DNA of 64,000 nucleotides, from NCBI GenBank assembly GCA_963793305.1, contig CAWBZV010000005.1, forward strand, positions 448,001 through 512,000, written 5' to 3'. This document shows positions 18,979-28,990 of the stretch, in pieces (position 1 is the stretch's first letter; every line of letters starts with the position of its first letter). The translations under genes were made by a program, and so were the position numbers. The stretch comes from an uncultured Gemmatimonadales bacterium. GTDB lineage: Bacteria > Gemmatimonadota > Gemmatimonadetes > Gemmatimonadales > Gemmatimonadaceae. Under the pieces are notes generated by a model that was not told the origin of the DNA, did not search any database, and saw only the letters and a list, made by a program, of their open reading frames with translations.

Positions 18979-18998
18979 ATGTTGGGTTTGTTCCAGAC
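18979..18998 (+). promoter_or_regulatory. Motif copy 9 (ATGTTG-GGTTTGTT-CCAGAC)
   Basis: CACATT at 19017-19022, 18 bp downstream; proximal site upstream of susC-like gene. Confidence 0.8.
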
Positions 18999-19089
18999 TC
19001 GTTGGTGCGATCTCATCACATTGGGACTCCCGGTAGTCACCGGTGCCGCGCGGGTCGTCCACACCCGCATTCTTTTGCGGAGGAGTACT

Positions 19090-22000
19090 ATGGGTGTAGT
19101 CCTTGTCCGTACCGGACGGATGGTGACGATAGCCGTGCTGTGTGCGGCTGCCGTCACGCGCATTGCGTCCGGCCAAGAATCACAACGCATTACTGGTCAG
19201 GTCCTCGATCTCGACGCAAAGTTCCCGGTGCCATTGGTGCGCGTCGCGGTCCCCGGTACCACATTGGGGACGCTGACGACCGACAGCGGGAGGTTCACGC
19301 TGCGGAACGTGCCGGCGGATGCGAAGTCGATCGAGGTCCGTCGCATTGGCTACCTCGGGGTGACAGTGCCGCTGGTGCGAGGGCAGACGGACTATACGAT
19401 CTCCCTCAAGCAAGATGTGCTGCACCTCGAGCAAGAGGTGATCACGGGGGTCTCGACGACGACGTTGAGTAAGACCGCGGCGACCTATGATCCGGTGATC
19501 ACCTCCGAGCAGCTGAACGGTGCGCCGGCGGCAACGATCGAAAACGCGCTGCAAGGCAAAGTGGCTGGCGTCCAGATCGACCAGAACTCGGGCGCGCCGG
19601 GTGGCGGCATGCAGGTGAATGTTCGCGGCGTGACGTTGATCTTTGGCAACACGGAGCCGCTCTATGTCGTCGACGGCGTCCTCGTGTCGAATGCGGTGTT
19701 TGCGACCGGCCTCAATGCCCTCTCCGGGGCCGGCAGTCAGAACGGCACCGGTCAGCCAGGCAACCAGGACCAGTCGGTGAACCGCATCGCCGACCTCAAT
19801 CCAAACGACATCGAATCGATTCAGGTCTTGGAAGGCGCCGCCGCGGCCTCGATTTACGGCAGCAAGGCGGCCGCCGGTGTCATCGTCATCACAACGAAGA
19901 AAGGCTCGGCCTCGAAAGTCGCGATCGACGCCACCCAGCGGTTCGGCACGTACAATCTCGAGCACGAGCTCGATGTGCGGCACTTCACCCTCGCGCAGGC
20001 CGACACCATGGGCGCGGCCGTGGGAATGACTTCCGCCCAGGTGCTGTCGAACTTCGACGGGTGTAAGGGATTCTGCGACCTCCAGAAGTCGCTCTACGGC
20101 GGCGGAGAGCTGTCCAACGAAAGCGATGTCACCGTGCGTGGCGGCTCGGAGAACACGACGTACTTCATGTCTGGCCTCACGAAGTATGACAATGGTGCCC
20201 AAATCAATACCGGTTACAACAAGCAGTCGCTTCGCGCGAACGTCAACCAGACGATCTTCAACACGATCAGCCTGGCCGCCAATCTCGCTTATACGTCGTC
20301 CTTGACGCGGACCGGCGTCAACGGGAACGATAACTTGGGCATCGCCGGGTACGACGTGTTGTCCTACACACCGTCGTGGTTCTGCATGAACTGCCACAAC
20401 GCCAATGGGTATGTCAACAACCCGTTCGGCTCGGCCAACGCCTTCCAGGATGCATTGTTGATCCAGACGCCGGACGAGGTCAATCGCACGACGCTGGGCG
20501 GTGCGCTCAACTGGAAGCTGTTCACGGCGACGAAGCAGAGCCTCGAGCTGGCGGCGGTCGGTGGTGCCGACTTCGTGAACGAGCACGTGCAACTCTACAT
20601 GCCACCGAATCTCCAGGTCGAGCACTCGGCGCTCGTCACGACCCCGGGTGTGAGCACCAGCAACCAAGGTTATGATCGGTTGTCGAACTGGTCCGTGAGC
20701 GTCATCCACCGCTGGACCCCGAGCTCTCTTGTATCCGCGACGACCTCGATCGGCATCACGCGCAACAAGGACGCCACGTATCAGACGGTCGACAACGCGA
20801 TTGGCTTGGTGCCGGGTGCGACGGCGTTTACGAGCGGCGCGGCGCTCACTCCGTTCTACCAACAGACCGAGTCGAATGACGCAGGCTACTATGTGCAGGA
20901 GCAGCTGCTGCTCTTCAATGAACGGCTGACGCTCACCGGTGGAGTCAATGCCGAGCGGAGCTCGAACGATGGGGCGGTCAATAAGCTGTTCCCGTATCCC
21001 AAGATCGCTGGCTCCTTCCGCGTCTTCACTGGTGACAACGAGTTGAAACTGCGCGCCGCCTACGGTCAGACGGGAACGCTGCCGATCTACGGCGTGAAGT
21101 TCGATTCGGCGAAGACGACCAACTACAACGCGATTACCGGCGCGGCATTCGGCCAAACACTGGGTGACCCCAACGTTCGCCCGGAGACCAACACGAGCAT
21201 CGAAACTGGTGCCGATCTCGCACTGTTCAAGGGACGCCTGAGCCTCAACGCGACTCTGTTCCAGAAGCGCGTCACGAACCTGCTCCTCACCGAGTTCATT
21301 TTGCCGTCCTCGGGATCCCTCGCGGCCTGGACCAACGGCGGGCAGTTGACGAACCAAGGGATCGAGCTGGCCCTGAACGCTACGCCGATCACGACGAAAC
21401 AGTTCTCCTGGATCACGACGGAATCCTTCTCTCGCATTTACGATCGCGTCGACAATCTCCCGATTCCGGGGTTCGCCGCCGGCAATTTCTTCGGGTACAA
21501 CCCATTCGGCGGCTACTTCATTCAGCCCGGCGCGTCGGTGAACGAGGTCTATGGGTATCCGAATGCCGCGACCGCGGCGTCGCAGACGCTGACGCAGTTG
21601 GGGAACATTGCACCCGCGTACACCGTTAGCTTCGGTCAGGATCTGAACTACGGACCGCTGCACCTGCACGCGTTCTTCGATTGGCGCGTCGGGCAGGTGG
21701 TCGCGAACCTCACGCAGCAGTACTACGACTTTGCGTTCGGTGGCTTGGGCGTCGGGATCCAAGGCAACCTGACGGACACGCTCGGCACCAAGGCGAGGAT
21801 AGCGGCCGTCGACAACGGCCAGACGGTGTACACGGAGACCGCCTCGTTCCTCAAGCTGCGCGAGTTGACGGCGAAATTCGACTTGCCGCAGGCGTTTGTG
21901 AGTCGAGTCGGCCAGGGATTTCTCCGGTCCGCGAGTCTCGAGCTCACCGGGCGCAACCTGCTCACATGGACGAAGTATCCTGGACTCGATCCCGAGGTCT

Positions 22001-22095
22001 CGAACTTCGGCTTGCAGAGTTTTGGCCGTGGTCAGGACGTGACGCCGTATCCCCCGACTCGCAGCTACTTCGTCTCCTTAGACCTGGGCTTCTGA
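19090..22095 (+). CDS. SusC/RagA-family TonB-dependent outer-membrane transporter
   Basis: AGGAG RBS; LQGKVAGV, PLYVVDGV, DLNPNDIESIQVLEGAAAASIYGSKAAAGVIVITTKKG plug; C-terminal Phe. Confidence 0.92.
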   Translation: MGVVLVRTGRMVTIAVLCAAAVTRIASGQESQRITGQVLDLDAKFPVPLVRVAVPGTTLGTLTTDSGRFTLRNVPADAKSIEVRRIGYLGVTVPLVRGQTDYTISLKQDVLHLEQEVITGVSTTTLSKTAATYDPVITSEQLNGAPAATIENALQGKVAGVQIDQNSGAPGGGMQVNVRGVTLIFGNTEPLYVVDGVLVSNAVFATGLNALSGAGSQNGTGQPGNQDQSVNRIADLNPNDIESIQVLEGAAAASIYGSKAAAGVIVITTKKGSASKVAIDATQRFGTYNLEHELDVRHFTLAQADTMGAAVGMTSAQVLSNFDGCKGFCDLQKSLYGGGELSNESDVTVRGGSENTTYFMSGLTKYDNGAQINTGYNKQSLRANVNQTIFNTISLAANLAYTSSLTRTGVNGNDNLGIAGYDVLSYTPSWFCMNCHNANGYVNNPFGSANAFQDALLIQTPDEVNRTTLGGALNWKLFTATKQSLELAAVGGADFVNEHVQLYMPPNLQVEHSALVTTPGVSTSNQGYDRLSNWSVSVIHRWTPSSLVSATTSIGITRNKDATYQTVDNAIGLVPGATAFTSGAALTPFYQQTESNDAGYYVQEQLLLFNERLTLTGGVNAERSSNDGAVNKLFPYPKIAGSFRVFTGDNELKLRAAYGQTGTLPIYGVKFDSAKTTNYNAITGAAFGQTLGDPNVRPETNTSIETGADLALFKGRLSLNATLFQKRVTNLLLTEFILPSSGSLAAWTNGGQLTNQGIELALNATPITTKQFSWITTESFSRIYDRVDNLPIPGFAAGNFFGYNPFGGYFIQPGASVNEVYGYPNAATAASQTLTQLGNIAPAYTVSFGQDLNYGPLHLHAFFDWRVGQVVANLTQQYYDFAFGGLGVGIQGNLTDTLGTKARIAAVDNGQTVYTETASFLKLRELTAKFDLPQAFVSRVGQGFLRSASLELTGRNLLTWTKYPGLDPEVSNFGLQSFGRGQDVTPYPPTRSYFVSLDLGF

Positions 22096-22098
22096 CCG

Positions 22099-23605
22099 AT
22101 GCGTATCTCTCGAAGCATCTCTGACGGTCCTGAGCACTGGCGGGGCGCTGGCGCTCGCCGGCTGCAACGAAGCGCTCATCCCGGACTACAATACGCTCAC
22201 CGGTTTCCCGCACGCGGTGGGCTCGATGCAAACCGAAATGACTGGCGTGTTCAATGGCCTCCGCGCGGCCGACGCGTTCAACATGGTCAACGAGATGGAC
22301 GCATTTGCTCGAAGCGCGGCCTACTATACGTCATCGGAAGCTCGGTTCGTGACGGAAGAGACCGGCAAAGCCTTGCTGGACGACGACAATTTCGGCGCGA
22401 GCATCTGGAACAATCCCTTTACTGCCATCAAGTCGGCCGACACGGTCATCGCCATTCTCCCGACGCTGATCACGCCCAACGGTTCCGCATACCCGGCGGC
22501 GAACGTGAAGGCGCTCCAAGCCGTGATGGAAACGCATAAGGCGTTCGATTACATGTACGTCGCCCTCTCGCACGACACGAATGGGGTGGCGATGAGCAGT
22601 CCCGGCGGCCCGATCACCGGGACGCTGGCGCCGATCCTCTGCGCTCGCGACTCATGGGCGGAAATCGTGGCCATGCTCGACACCGCGAAGGCCGAACTGG
22701 ATGCCGCCGGCGCGGGTACGGCGCTCGCTCTCCCTGGCGCGAGTCCCGCTTTCACCCTCCAGATGCCGCCGGGGTATGCCGCGCTTGGTGGCACGGCGGG
22801 TGGCTTCGAAGGCTTGACGTTGGCACTCCGGGGTCGGGCGCGCATCGAGTACGCGTACGCGATCGCCCGCGGGCCAGGTGGCACGGCTCCGACGGCCACA
22901 AGCGCCGGTTCGCCTGACCAGGCTCAACTCGACTCGGCGATCGCGGATATCACGGCTTCGTCCCTGTACAGCCCAAATCTTACCGCCAGCGAGGCCATCC
23001 CGGGGAGTGATCTCGGTGTATTCATGTCGTTCTCGCCCTCCGCGGGTGACGTTTCCAATCCCATCTTCGGGATCTCGGCGTCGACGTTCGTGCTCGAGGG
23101 AGCGGCGCAACAGATCGACACGCTGCATGATCAGCGGTTTCTGGCCAAGTTCGCGAAGGCTCCGGCCGCGCCCACGTCTACCGGTGCGTCCGCCGCGTCG
23201 AGCTACGCGTACTTGAACAACATCGACCTGTCGACGCCAATCCCTATGGTGCGGAACATTGAGCTCCAATTCTTGCTGGCCCGCGCGTACCTCGGCACCG
23301 GCCAACTCCTCAAGGCCGCGCAAACGGTCGATGCCGTGCGTACGACCGTGGGCGGGCTCGCGTCAGGCCTGGGCGGCGTCAATGCCTCGAGCTACACGTC
23401 GGTGCGCGATTTTCTCATGCGCGAGATGCTGCCAAGTCTCATGGAAGACGGGACGGGCGATCAGATCGTCGCCATTCGCGACTACGGTTTGATCATGCAG
23501 GATCTGACGACGTGGGGCGCTAGTGACTTCCACACGTCGATGTTGAATATCCCGGCTCCCGAAAGGGAGCAGCGCAACAACAATTTCGCAGCGGTCTGTC
23601 CGTAA
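22099..23605 (+). CDS. SusD/RagB-family lipoprotein, frameshift in signal peptide near 22120
   Basis: MRISRSI then shifted frame LTVLSTGGALALAGC lipobox continuing into ORF 22217-23605; PIPMVRNIELQFLLARA motif; follows susC-like gene. Confidence 0.75.
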
Positions 23606-23620
23606 TCTCCCGACCCCACG

Positions 23621-23651
23621 TGGCCGCCGTACGACAGTCGTACGGCGGCCA
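23621..23651 (+). terminator. Perfect 15-bp inverted repeat after the susD-like gene
   Basis: tggccgccgtacgac-a-gtcgtacggcggcca. Confidence 0.6.
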
Positions 23652-23865
23652 TTGCGCGGTGGCATTCAATGTCGTGGGCGTGGACTTCCAGCGTGTGGAG
23701 GGTGCGGCGCGAGACGTGAACATTGCCGTTCGCAGTGGGTGTTTCTGCAATCCGGGGGCGGCGGAGCGGGCCGGTGTGATGGGCGCGGTCCGGGCATTGC
23801 TCGGCATCGCGAGCAACATGGGCGACATTGATCGATTGGCCGAGGTGCTCCAGGCGATCCGTTGA
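23652..23865 (+). pseudogene. C-terminal remnant of class V aminotransferase / Moco-sulfurase-like protein
   Basis: VAFNV..IAVRSGCFCNPGAAE..GAVRALLGIASNMGD motif with no N-terminal domain. Confidence 0.6.
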
Positions 23866-23871
23866 GCGCGG

Positions 23872-23891
23872 ACGTTGGCTTTGTACAAGAC
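23872..23891 (+). promoter_or_regulatory. Motif copy 10 (ACGTTG-GCTTTGTA-CAAGAC)
   Basis: Centre is 41.5 bp from ATG 23923. Confidence 0.8.
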
Positions 23892-23922
23892 CGCGCGCGG
23901 TCGAGCAGCGATACGTGGTGTC

Positions 23923-24382
23923 ATGGCCATCACGATACGACCGGCTCGACCAGGCGACGAGCCGCGTTGGAGGGAGCTGTGGACCGCGTACAACCGCTTT
24001 TACGAGCACGAGGTGCCGGAAGCGATCACGCGATCGACCTGGTCGCGGATTCTCGATCCGGCCTCGAGTGTCCGTGCGGTTGTCGCTCAAGACGTTGACG
24101 GGACGACCATTGGGTTTGCCAACTATATCGTCCATGACGGGACCTGGTCGATCGAGTCCGTCTGCTGTCTCGAAGATCTGTATGTCGATCGAGAGCGCCG
24201 CGCTCGCGGCGTCGGCCGGCTCCTCATTCGATTGGTTGGTCGCCGAGATGAAGGCGAAAGGGTGGGCGAAGCTCTATTGGATCACGCATGAGACCAACTA
24301 TCGCGCGCGGTCGTTGTACGATACGTATACCGCGCACAGCGGATTTCTGCGGTACGTCATTCCGAACCGTACCGAGCCCTGA
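23923..24382 (+). CDS. GNAT N-acetyltransferase, frameshifted near 24228
   Basis: IRPARPGD..LEDLYVDRERRARGVGRLLI then shifted DWLVAEMKAKGWAKLYWITHETNYRARSLYD. Confidence 0.8.
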
Positions 24383-24389
24383 GGGATCG

Positions 24390-26396
24390 TCACCTGCGCG
24401 CGACATCCCCGACGGCCGACAGATCGTGCGCGACGGTCGAGAGTCTGCGACGTGGCTCGGCGCCATTCTCTTGGCCGGCATGGGCGTCCAGTTGCGCGGC
24501 GAGCTGGCCGAGCAACGCTCGACGGCGTGCACCCGTAGCCTTCTCGGATTGGGCGAGCAGGATGCGCATCTTCACGATCTCGTCCGGGGTTGTCGTCTCT
24601 GAACGCGCGAGTTGGTCGAGGTAGGCCCGGGCCAGCGCGAAGCTTGCCGGCCAGACGAACTTGGGTTGGCCTTGGACGTTGAGCTCCGTGAATCGCACGG
24701 TTTTCGCGGCGTCGATCTCGTTTTGAGTCAGGAAACGGCTGGGCGTCAACTCGAGCACATTGAGGCCGCGAGTGATTTCGGAGCTGACGATGAGACCATT
24801 GTACCAGTAGGCCGACCAGGAGCCTCCGACGACCATCGTCGTCGAGTCGATGGGGCCGCGGTCGAAGAACGCGATCTCCCGTGGGTGTGAGGGGTCGGTC
24901 CAATCAAATACGGAGACCCCGCCCTGATACCAGGCCTGGACCATGACGTTGCGGCCGGGGATCGGGATCAAGGAGCCGTTGTGCGCGACGCAGTTCTCGT
25001 ACGCTGTCTGGGGAGCCGCCATCTTATAGTATGCCTTAAACACCAGTTTCCTGTCGGTGATCGTGAAGATGGCGTCCGCGCCCCACTCGCGCGGGTCTGA
25101 CGCGCGGCATTTCGGTCCTCCGCCGCCGCCCCATTCGTCGCTGAAAACGAGCTGAGTGCCGTCGTTGTTGAACGTGGCGGAGTGCCAGTAGGAGAAGTTG
25201 GTGTCGGCGACGGCGTCGATGCGGGCGGGGTGCGCGGGATCATGGATGTCCAGCAGCATCCCGTATCCGTCGCAGGCGCCGCCGGCCAAGCCGATCGCCG
25301 AGTAGACGGTGATATCGTGGCACTGGTCGGAGAGGGCGGGGGCGTTCATGCTCATGCTCATGTTCATGCTCATGCCGCCACCCAGATTCGTGGTGTCCAT
25401 CCCCATGGCTTTCGCCATTCGGACGGGGAGCGCTTGGCGCAAGACGGCGCTGTCGGCGGACGTGGGGCCACCAGTACCCCCGCGTGCCTTGACGATGCTA
25501 TCCAGCAGCGGGTCGACGAAGGCTGATGAGAGAATGGTCTCTTCGCCCATCATTTGTACGGTGAACGCGCCGCGGGCGTGCGCGGCGGCGAGGTCGTCAC
25601 GATCCGCTTGCGACGTGCCGTGTGTGCCGACGGCGTCGAGGTTGTTCAGGATGTGTGGCGTGCTGACGATCGCCGCTTGCTCGGGGTGCGCCAGCGGGAC
25701 CTTAATGACCTCGATCCGAAAGAGGGCCGAGTTGGCATCGTGGTCGGGAGTAGCGGCGCTGCATTGGGCCAGCTCTTCGGGCGGGCGTACAGGTGCCGTG
25801 CCCGAGACATACACGTAGACGTTGTCGTGGTCCGCAGGATCGACCAAGAGGGTGTGCGTGTGCGAGCCGCGACACGTTTGCACGTTGGCGACCGACTTGG
25901 GATGCGCGAGGTCGGCTATGTCGAAGATTCTGATGCCGCGGAATCGCTCGGCGCTGACCGTTTCTTTGACGCCGCCGCCCGCGCAGTCGAGCCGGCCTTC
26001 GCTGCCTTCGTTCGAGACGAAGAGCAGGTTGTGGTAGACCGATACGTCGCCTTGTGATGCGGGGCAATAGTGGGCGGCTTTGAGCGTGGGGTGACTCGGG
26101 CTGGCGATGTCCCAGATCTGGAAGCCGCTGTAATTGCCTTGAATCACATAGTGGTCTGTGAACGCGAGATCGGAATTGTCGGTGGCGGCGAATCTCGGCG
26201 AGGGATGTGTGTTCGACAGGAGCCTCATGTTCCGCGCGGCTTGTCCGGCATCCCACTGGCCGGCTTTGAGGCCAACGCGAGGATCAGGAGTTGCCGAGGG
26301 CTGGCTCGCCACTGACGGGCCACCGGCGTGTGCGCAGGCGAACATCGCCAGGCAGGCCAGCGCGAGGAGCGGGGCGTTCGTCAACGTTGTTGGCAT
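24390..26396 (-). CDS. LVIVD-repeat lipoprotein
   Basis: Lipobox MFAC; NSDLAF, CPASQGDVSVY, QTCRGSHTHT, CHDITVY, WHSATFNNDG, ENCVAHNGS motifs. Confidence 0.85.
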   Translation of the reverse strand: MPTTLTNAPLLALACLAMFACAHAGGPSVASQPSATPDPRVGLKAGQWDAGQAARNMRLLSNTHPSPRFAATDNSDLAFTDHYVIQGNYSGFQIWDIASPSHPTLKAAHYCPASQGDVSVYHNLLFVSNEGSEGRLDCAGGGVKETVSAERFRGIRIFDIADLAHPKSVANVQTCRGSHTHTLLVDPADHDNVYVYVSGTAPVRPPEELAQCSAATPDHDANSALFRIEVIKVPLAHPEQAAIVSTPHILNNLDAVGTHGTSQADRDDLAAAHARGAFTVQMMGEETILSSAFVDPLLDSIVKARGGTGGPTSADSAVLRQALPVRMAKAMGMDTTNLGGGMSMNMSMSMNAPALSDQCHDITVYSAIGLAGGACDGYGMLLDIHDPAHPARIDAVADTNFSYWHSATFNNDGTQLVFSDEWGGGGGPKCRASDPREWGADAIFTITDRKLVFKAYYKMAAPQTAYENCVAHNGSLIPIPGRNVMVQAWYQGGVSVFDWTDPSHPREIAFFDRGPIDSTTMVVGGSWSAYWYNGLIVSSEITRGLNVLELTPSRFLTQNEIDAAKTVRFTELNVQGQPKFVWPASFALARAYLDQLARSETTTPDEIVKMRILLAQSEKATGARRRALLGQLAAQLDAHAGQENGAEPRRRLSTVAHDLSAVGDVARR

Positions 26397-26570
26397 CGTC
26401 AGCGATGTCGAAGTGGAGATGGTGAGGGGCGTCCTCGCCGCCAAGGTAGCGCGCTTCGTCCTGCTGATTGTGCGGGTTTCGTGTCCGCTGTGCGCAGTGT
26501 GTGAAGGCGCGGTTCGCGCGCGCCACTCGAGAGCGCAACCGACATGCGCTAGCATTGCCGCGACGCGCTT

Positions 26571-26590
26571 GTCTTGCACGAACACAACGT
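26571..26590 (-). promoter_or_regulatory. Motif copy 11 (ACGTTG-TGTTCGTG-CAAGAC)
   Basis: Points to LVIVD gene; -10 weak. Confidence 0.75.
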
Positions 26591-26601
26591 CGCTTCGTGC
26601 C

Positions 26602-26631
26602 TTGACGCGGCCATTTCTTTGGCGCTAAGTA
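26602..26631 (+). promoter_or_regulatory. Sigma70-like promoter (TTGACG..TAAGTA), likely leaderless
   Basis: TTGACG 26602-26607, TAAGTA 26626-26631, ATG at 26638 without SD. Confidence 0.5.
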
Positions 26632-26637
26632 GCGGCC

Positions 26638-27423
26638 ATGCGATCCAGTCCTGATTGGTGCGTGACGCGACGGGAGTTCGTCGGTGACTCAATGCGAGCG
26701 TTTGTGGCGCTGCCGCTGCTGCGTGCGGCGACGCTCGCTCCGTTTCGGCGAGTGGCTGACGGCCGTCTCGCGGCGCGTCCGTTGGCGGGCGTGAGTGATC
26801 CGCTGCCGGCCGGTGTGCATACGCTGCCGGCGCCCGGGGCGCGTGCCTCGGTCCTCGTCGTGCCGTCGAACGTGTCGGCCGGGCATCCGGCTCCGCTCGT
26901 CCTGATGCTCCACGGCGCGACGATGGACAGCACTGAATCGCTGGATGCGATGCGGGAGGTGTGCGAACACCGGGGTGTGGTCTTGCTCGCCCCCAGCTCC
27001 ACGGGGATGACGTGGGACGCGATTCGTGGGGAGTTCGGCCCGGATCTGGGGGAGATCGATCAGCAATTGGCGCAGGTGTTCGCGCACTGTGTGATCGATC
27101 CCCTACGCCTGGCGATCGCGGGGTTCTCCGATGGGGCGTCGTATGCGGTATCCCTCGGTCTCATCAACGGCGATCTGTTCACGCATGTCATTGGATATTC
27201 GGCGGGGTTCCTGATTCCGGGCCCACGGCACGGACATCCGCGGGTCTTCATGGCGCATGGCACGCGCGATTCGATCCTTCCGATCGACCGGTGCGGGCGG
27301 CGTATCGCGGCGGATCTTCGTGCGGATGGATACGCGGTTGATTTCGCCGAGTTCGATGGCGACCATGAGATTCGTCCGGAGATCGTGCGGCGGTCGATGG
27401 AGTGGTGGCTCGGGACGCCATGA
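26638..27423 (+). CDS. Phospholipase/carboxylesterase (alpha/beta hydrolase), possible Tat signal
   Basis: TRREFV, MLHGA, GFSDGASYA, HGTRD, FDGDH motifs. Confidence 0.85.
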   Translation: MRSSPDWCVTRREFVGDSMRAFVALPLLRAATLAPFRRVADGRLAARPLAGVSDPLPAGVHTLPAPGARASVLVVPSNVSAGHPAPLVLMLHGATMDSTESLDAMREVCEHRGVVLLAPSSTGMTWDAIRGEFGPDLGEIDQQLAQVFAHCVIDPLRLAIAGFSDGASYAVSLGLINGDLFTHVIGYSAGFLIPGPRHGHPRVFMAHGTRDSILPIDRCGRRIAADLRADGYAVDFAEFDGDHEIRPEIVRRSMEWWLGTP

Positions 27424-28565
27424 TGCGACTGCTGTCGCTTTGTGCGCTGGCGTTGCTCGGCGCGTCGGCGGGTCTGGCGCAGAGCGCCGGGACCGTGTCG
27501 CTCGCGCCGGATTCCCCGCGCTGGGCGTTGACCTCGGGGGCGACGGTGACGACCTATCTCGGGCGCCGCTCCTTGTTCATGGCTGGGGGGCTCGCGACGG
27601 TCAAGGATTTCGTTTTGCGGGACGGCGTGGTCGATGTGGACGTGGCGACTCCGGCGGCGCGGGGGTTCTTCGGGTTCGAGTTTCGCGTCGCGGACAGCGG
27701 AGCGAACTCGGAGCTGGTGTATCTCCGGCAGCACCAGTCGGGGCTGCCGGACGCGATGCAGTACACGCCGATCCTCAACACCGGTCGCAATTGGCAGATC
27801 TACAATGGACCGGGCTTCACGGCCCCGGTCGACATTCCGCGCAACGTGTGGTTCCACCTGCGCCTGGTGGTGGAAGGGCCGCATGCCAGTCTGTACGTCA
27901 CGGACATGCGCACGCCGGCGCTGGTCATGAGCGACTTGAAGAGCGGCGTGCAACGCGGTCAAGTGGCGTTGTGGGTGCTCGAGGGGGCGACGTACTTCAC
28001 GAATTTCACTGTGCGGTCGACGCCCGATGCGCCGTGGGAGCGGCATTTGCCGCCCATGCCGTCGGGGACGTTGGTGCATTGGAGCTTATCGCCCGAGTAT
28101 GACGCGCTCGCCCGGGACCTGGAGCATCCGCTGTCGCGGGCCGAGGAGGACAGCATGGCGTGGCAGCCCGTCGACGCGGAGGCGCCGGGGTTCGTGGTCA
28201 TCAATCGGTATCGCGTGAGCCCTCATGTGAACCGGACGTACGAGCATGATTTCTCGAGACGGTTGGAGCCGCAGCCGGGTACAGCCGTGGTATACGCGCG
28301 TACGACGATCGAGTCGGACCGCGCTCTGGTGAAGAAATTGGCGATCGGATATAGTGACGACGTTAGCGTCTTTCTCAACGGGCAGATTCTGTATCGGGGG
28401 CGCAGCGCGCAGAATTTTCGTGATCCGGAGTTTCTGGGGATCATGAGCGCTGACGATGACGCGGTCTACCTTCCGTTGCGACAGGGGAGCAACGAGCTCG
28501 TGCTCGCGGTGAGCGAGCTCGGTGGGGGGTGGGGGTTCATCTGCCGACTGACGGATATCGAGTAG
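27420..28565 (+). CDS. Secreted DUF1080-like protein with extra C-terminal beta domain
   Basis: Signal peptide; ELVYLR, MQYTP, WQIY, WFHLRLVV, IGYSDDVSVFLNG, GGWGF; paralog of 49113-50282. Confidence 0.7.
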   Translation: MMRLLSLCALALLGASAGLAQSAGTVSLAPDSPRWALTSGATVTTYLGRRSLFMAGGLATVKDFVLRDGVVDVDVATPAARGFFGFEFRVADSGANSELVYLRQHQSGLPDAMQYTPILNTGRNWQIYNGPGFTAPVDIPRNVWFHLRLVVEGPHASLYVTDMRTPALVMSDLKSGVQRGQVALWVLEGATYFTNFTVRSTPDAPWERHLPPMPSGTLVHWSLSPEYDALARDLEHPLSRAEEDSMAWQPVDAEAPGFVVINRYRVSPHVNRTYEHDFSRRLEPQPGTAVVYARTTIESDRALVKKLAIGYSDDVSVFLNGQILYRGRSAQNFRDPEFLGIMSADDDAVYLPLRQGSNELVLAVSELGGGWGFICRLTDIE

Positions 28566-28837
28566 TCGCGCTCAGCGCGTGCGTCGCGAGTCAGTTGACC
28601 CCCGCAAATTGGCCGGCCAGACCGACCGCCGCGGGGCGCCGGTGGGGGTTGATGGTCCGTCGGGGTCCGGATTCGTCATGCTGGGTGGGGGTGGCATCCC
28701 GACAGCGGATGGGATTCCGCTGGATCAGCTGGCGACCATTCGACGTGTGGCCGAGTACGGGCTCATCCGGCTGGCGCACGATTGGCGCTAGGTCGGTTCG
28801 TTCACGACGGCAGCACGCACCGACGCCCTTCAGTTTG

Positions 28838-28857
28838 ATGTTGCGATCATTCAAGAC
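28838..28857 (+). promoter_or_regulatory. Motif copy 12 (ATGTTG-CGATCATT-CAAGAC)
   Basis: CAAGTT at 28876-28881, 18 bp downstream; upstream of second susC-like gene. Confidence 0.85.
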
Positions 28858-28990
28858 CGAGTAACCGCCCCGCCACAAGTTCCCGACGCAACTCGCGTGA
28901 AGGCAATAGCGAGCGTGAGTCGTACGCGGGTCACTCCTCCTCTCCGCGTGGCTCGCGTCTCACATTGCGTCAACACCAAGAGGTGCGTTC

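Noticed and set aside
19180..21762. Long antisense ORFs (e.g. 19180-21762, 29777-31474, 39345-41252, 55351-57270, 60162-61967)
   Set aside because: They shadow well-supported genes, are Arg/His/Val-rich without motifs and are expected from high-GC codon bias.
28566..28837. Short ORFs and GC hairpins upstream of the second susC-like gene
   Set aside because: No recognisable domain or RNA family; cannot be supported from sequence alone.
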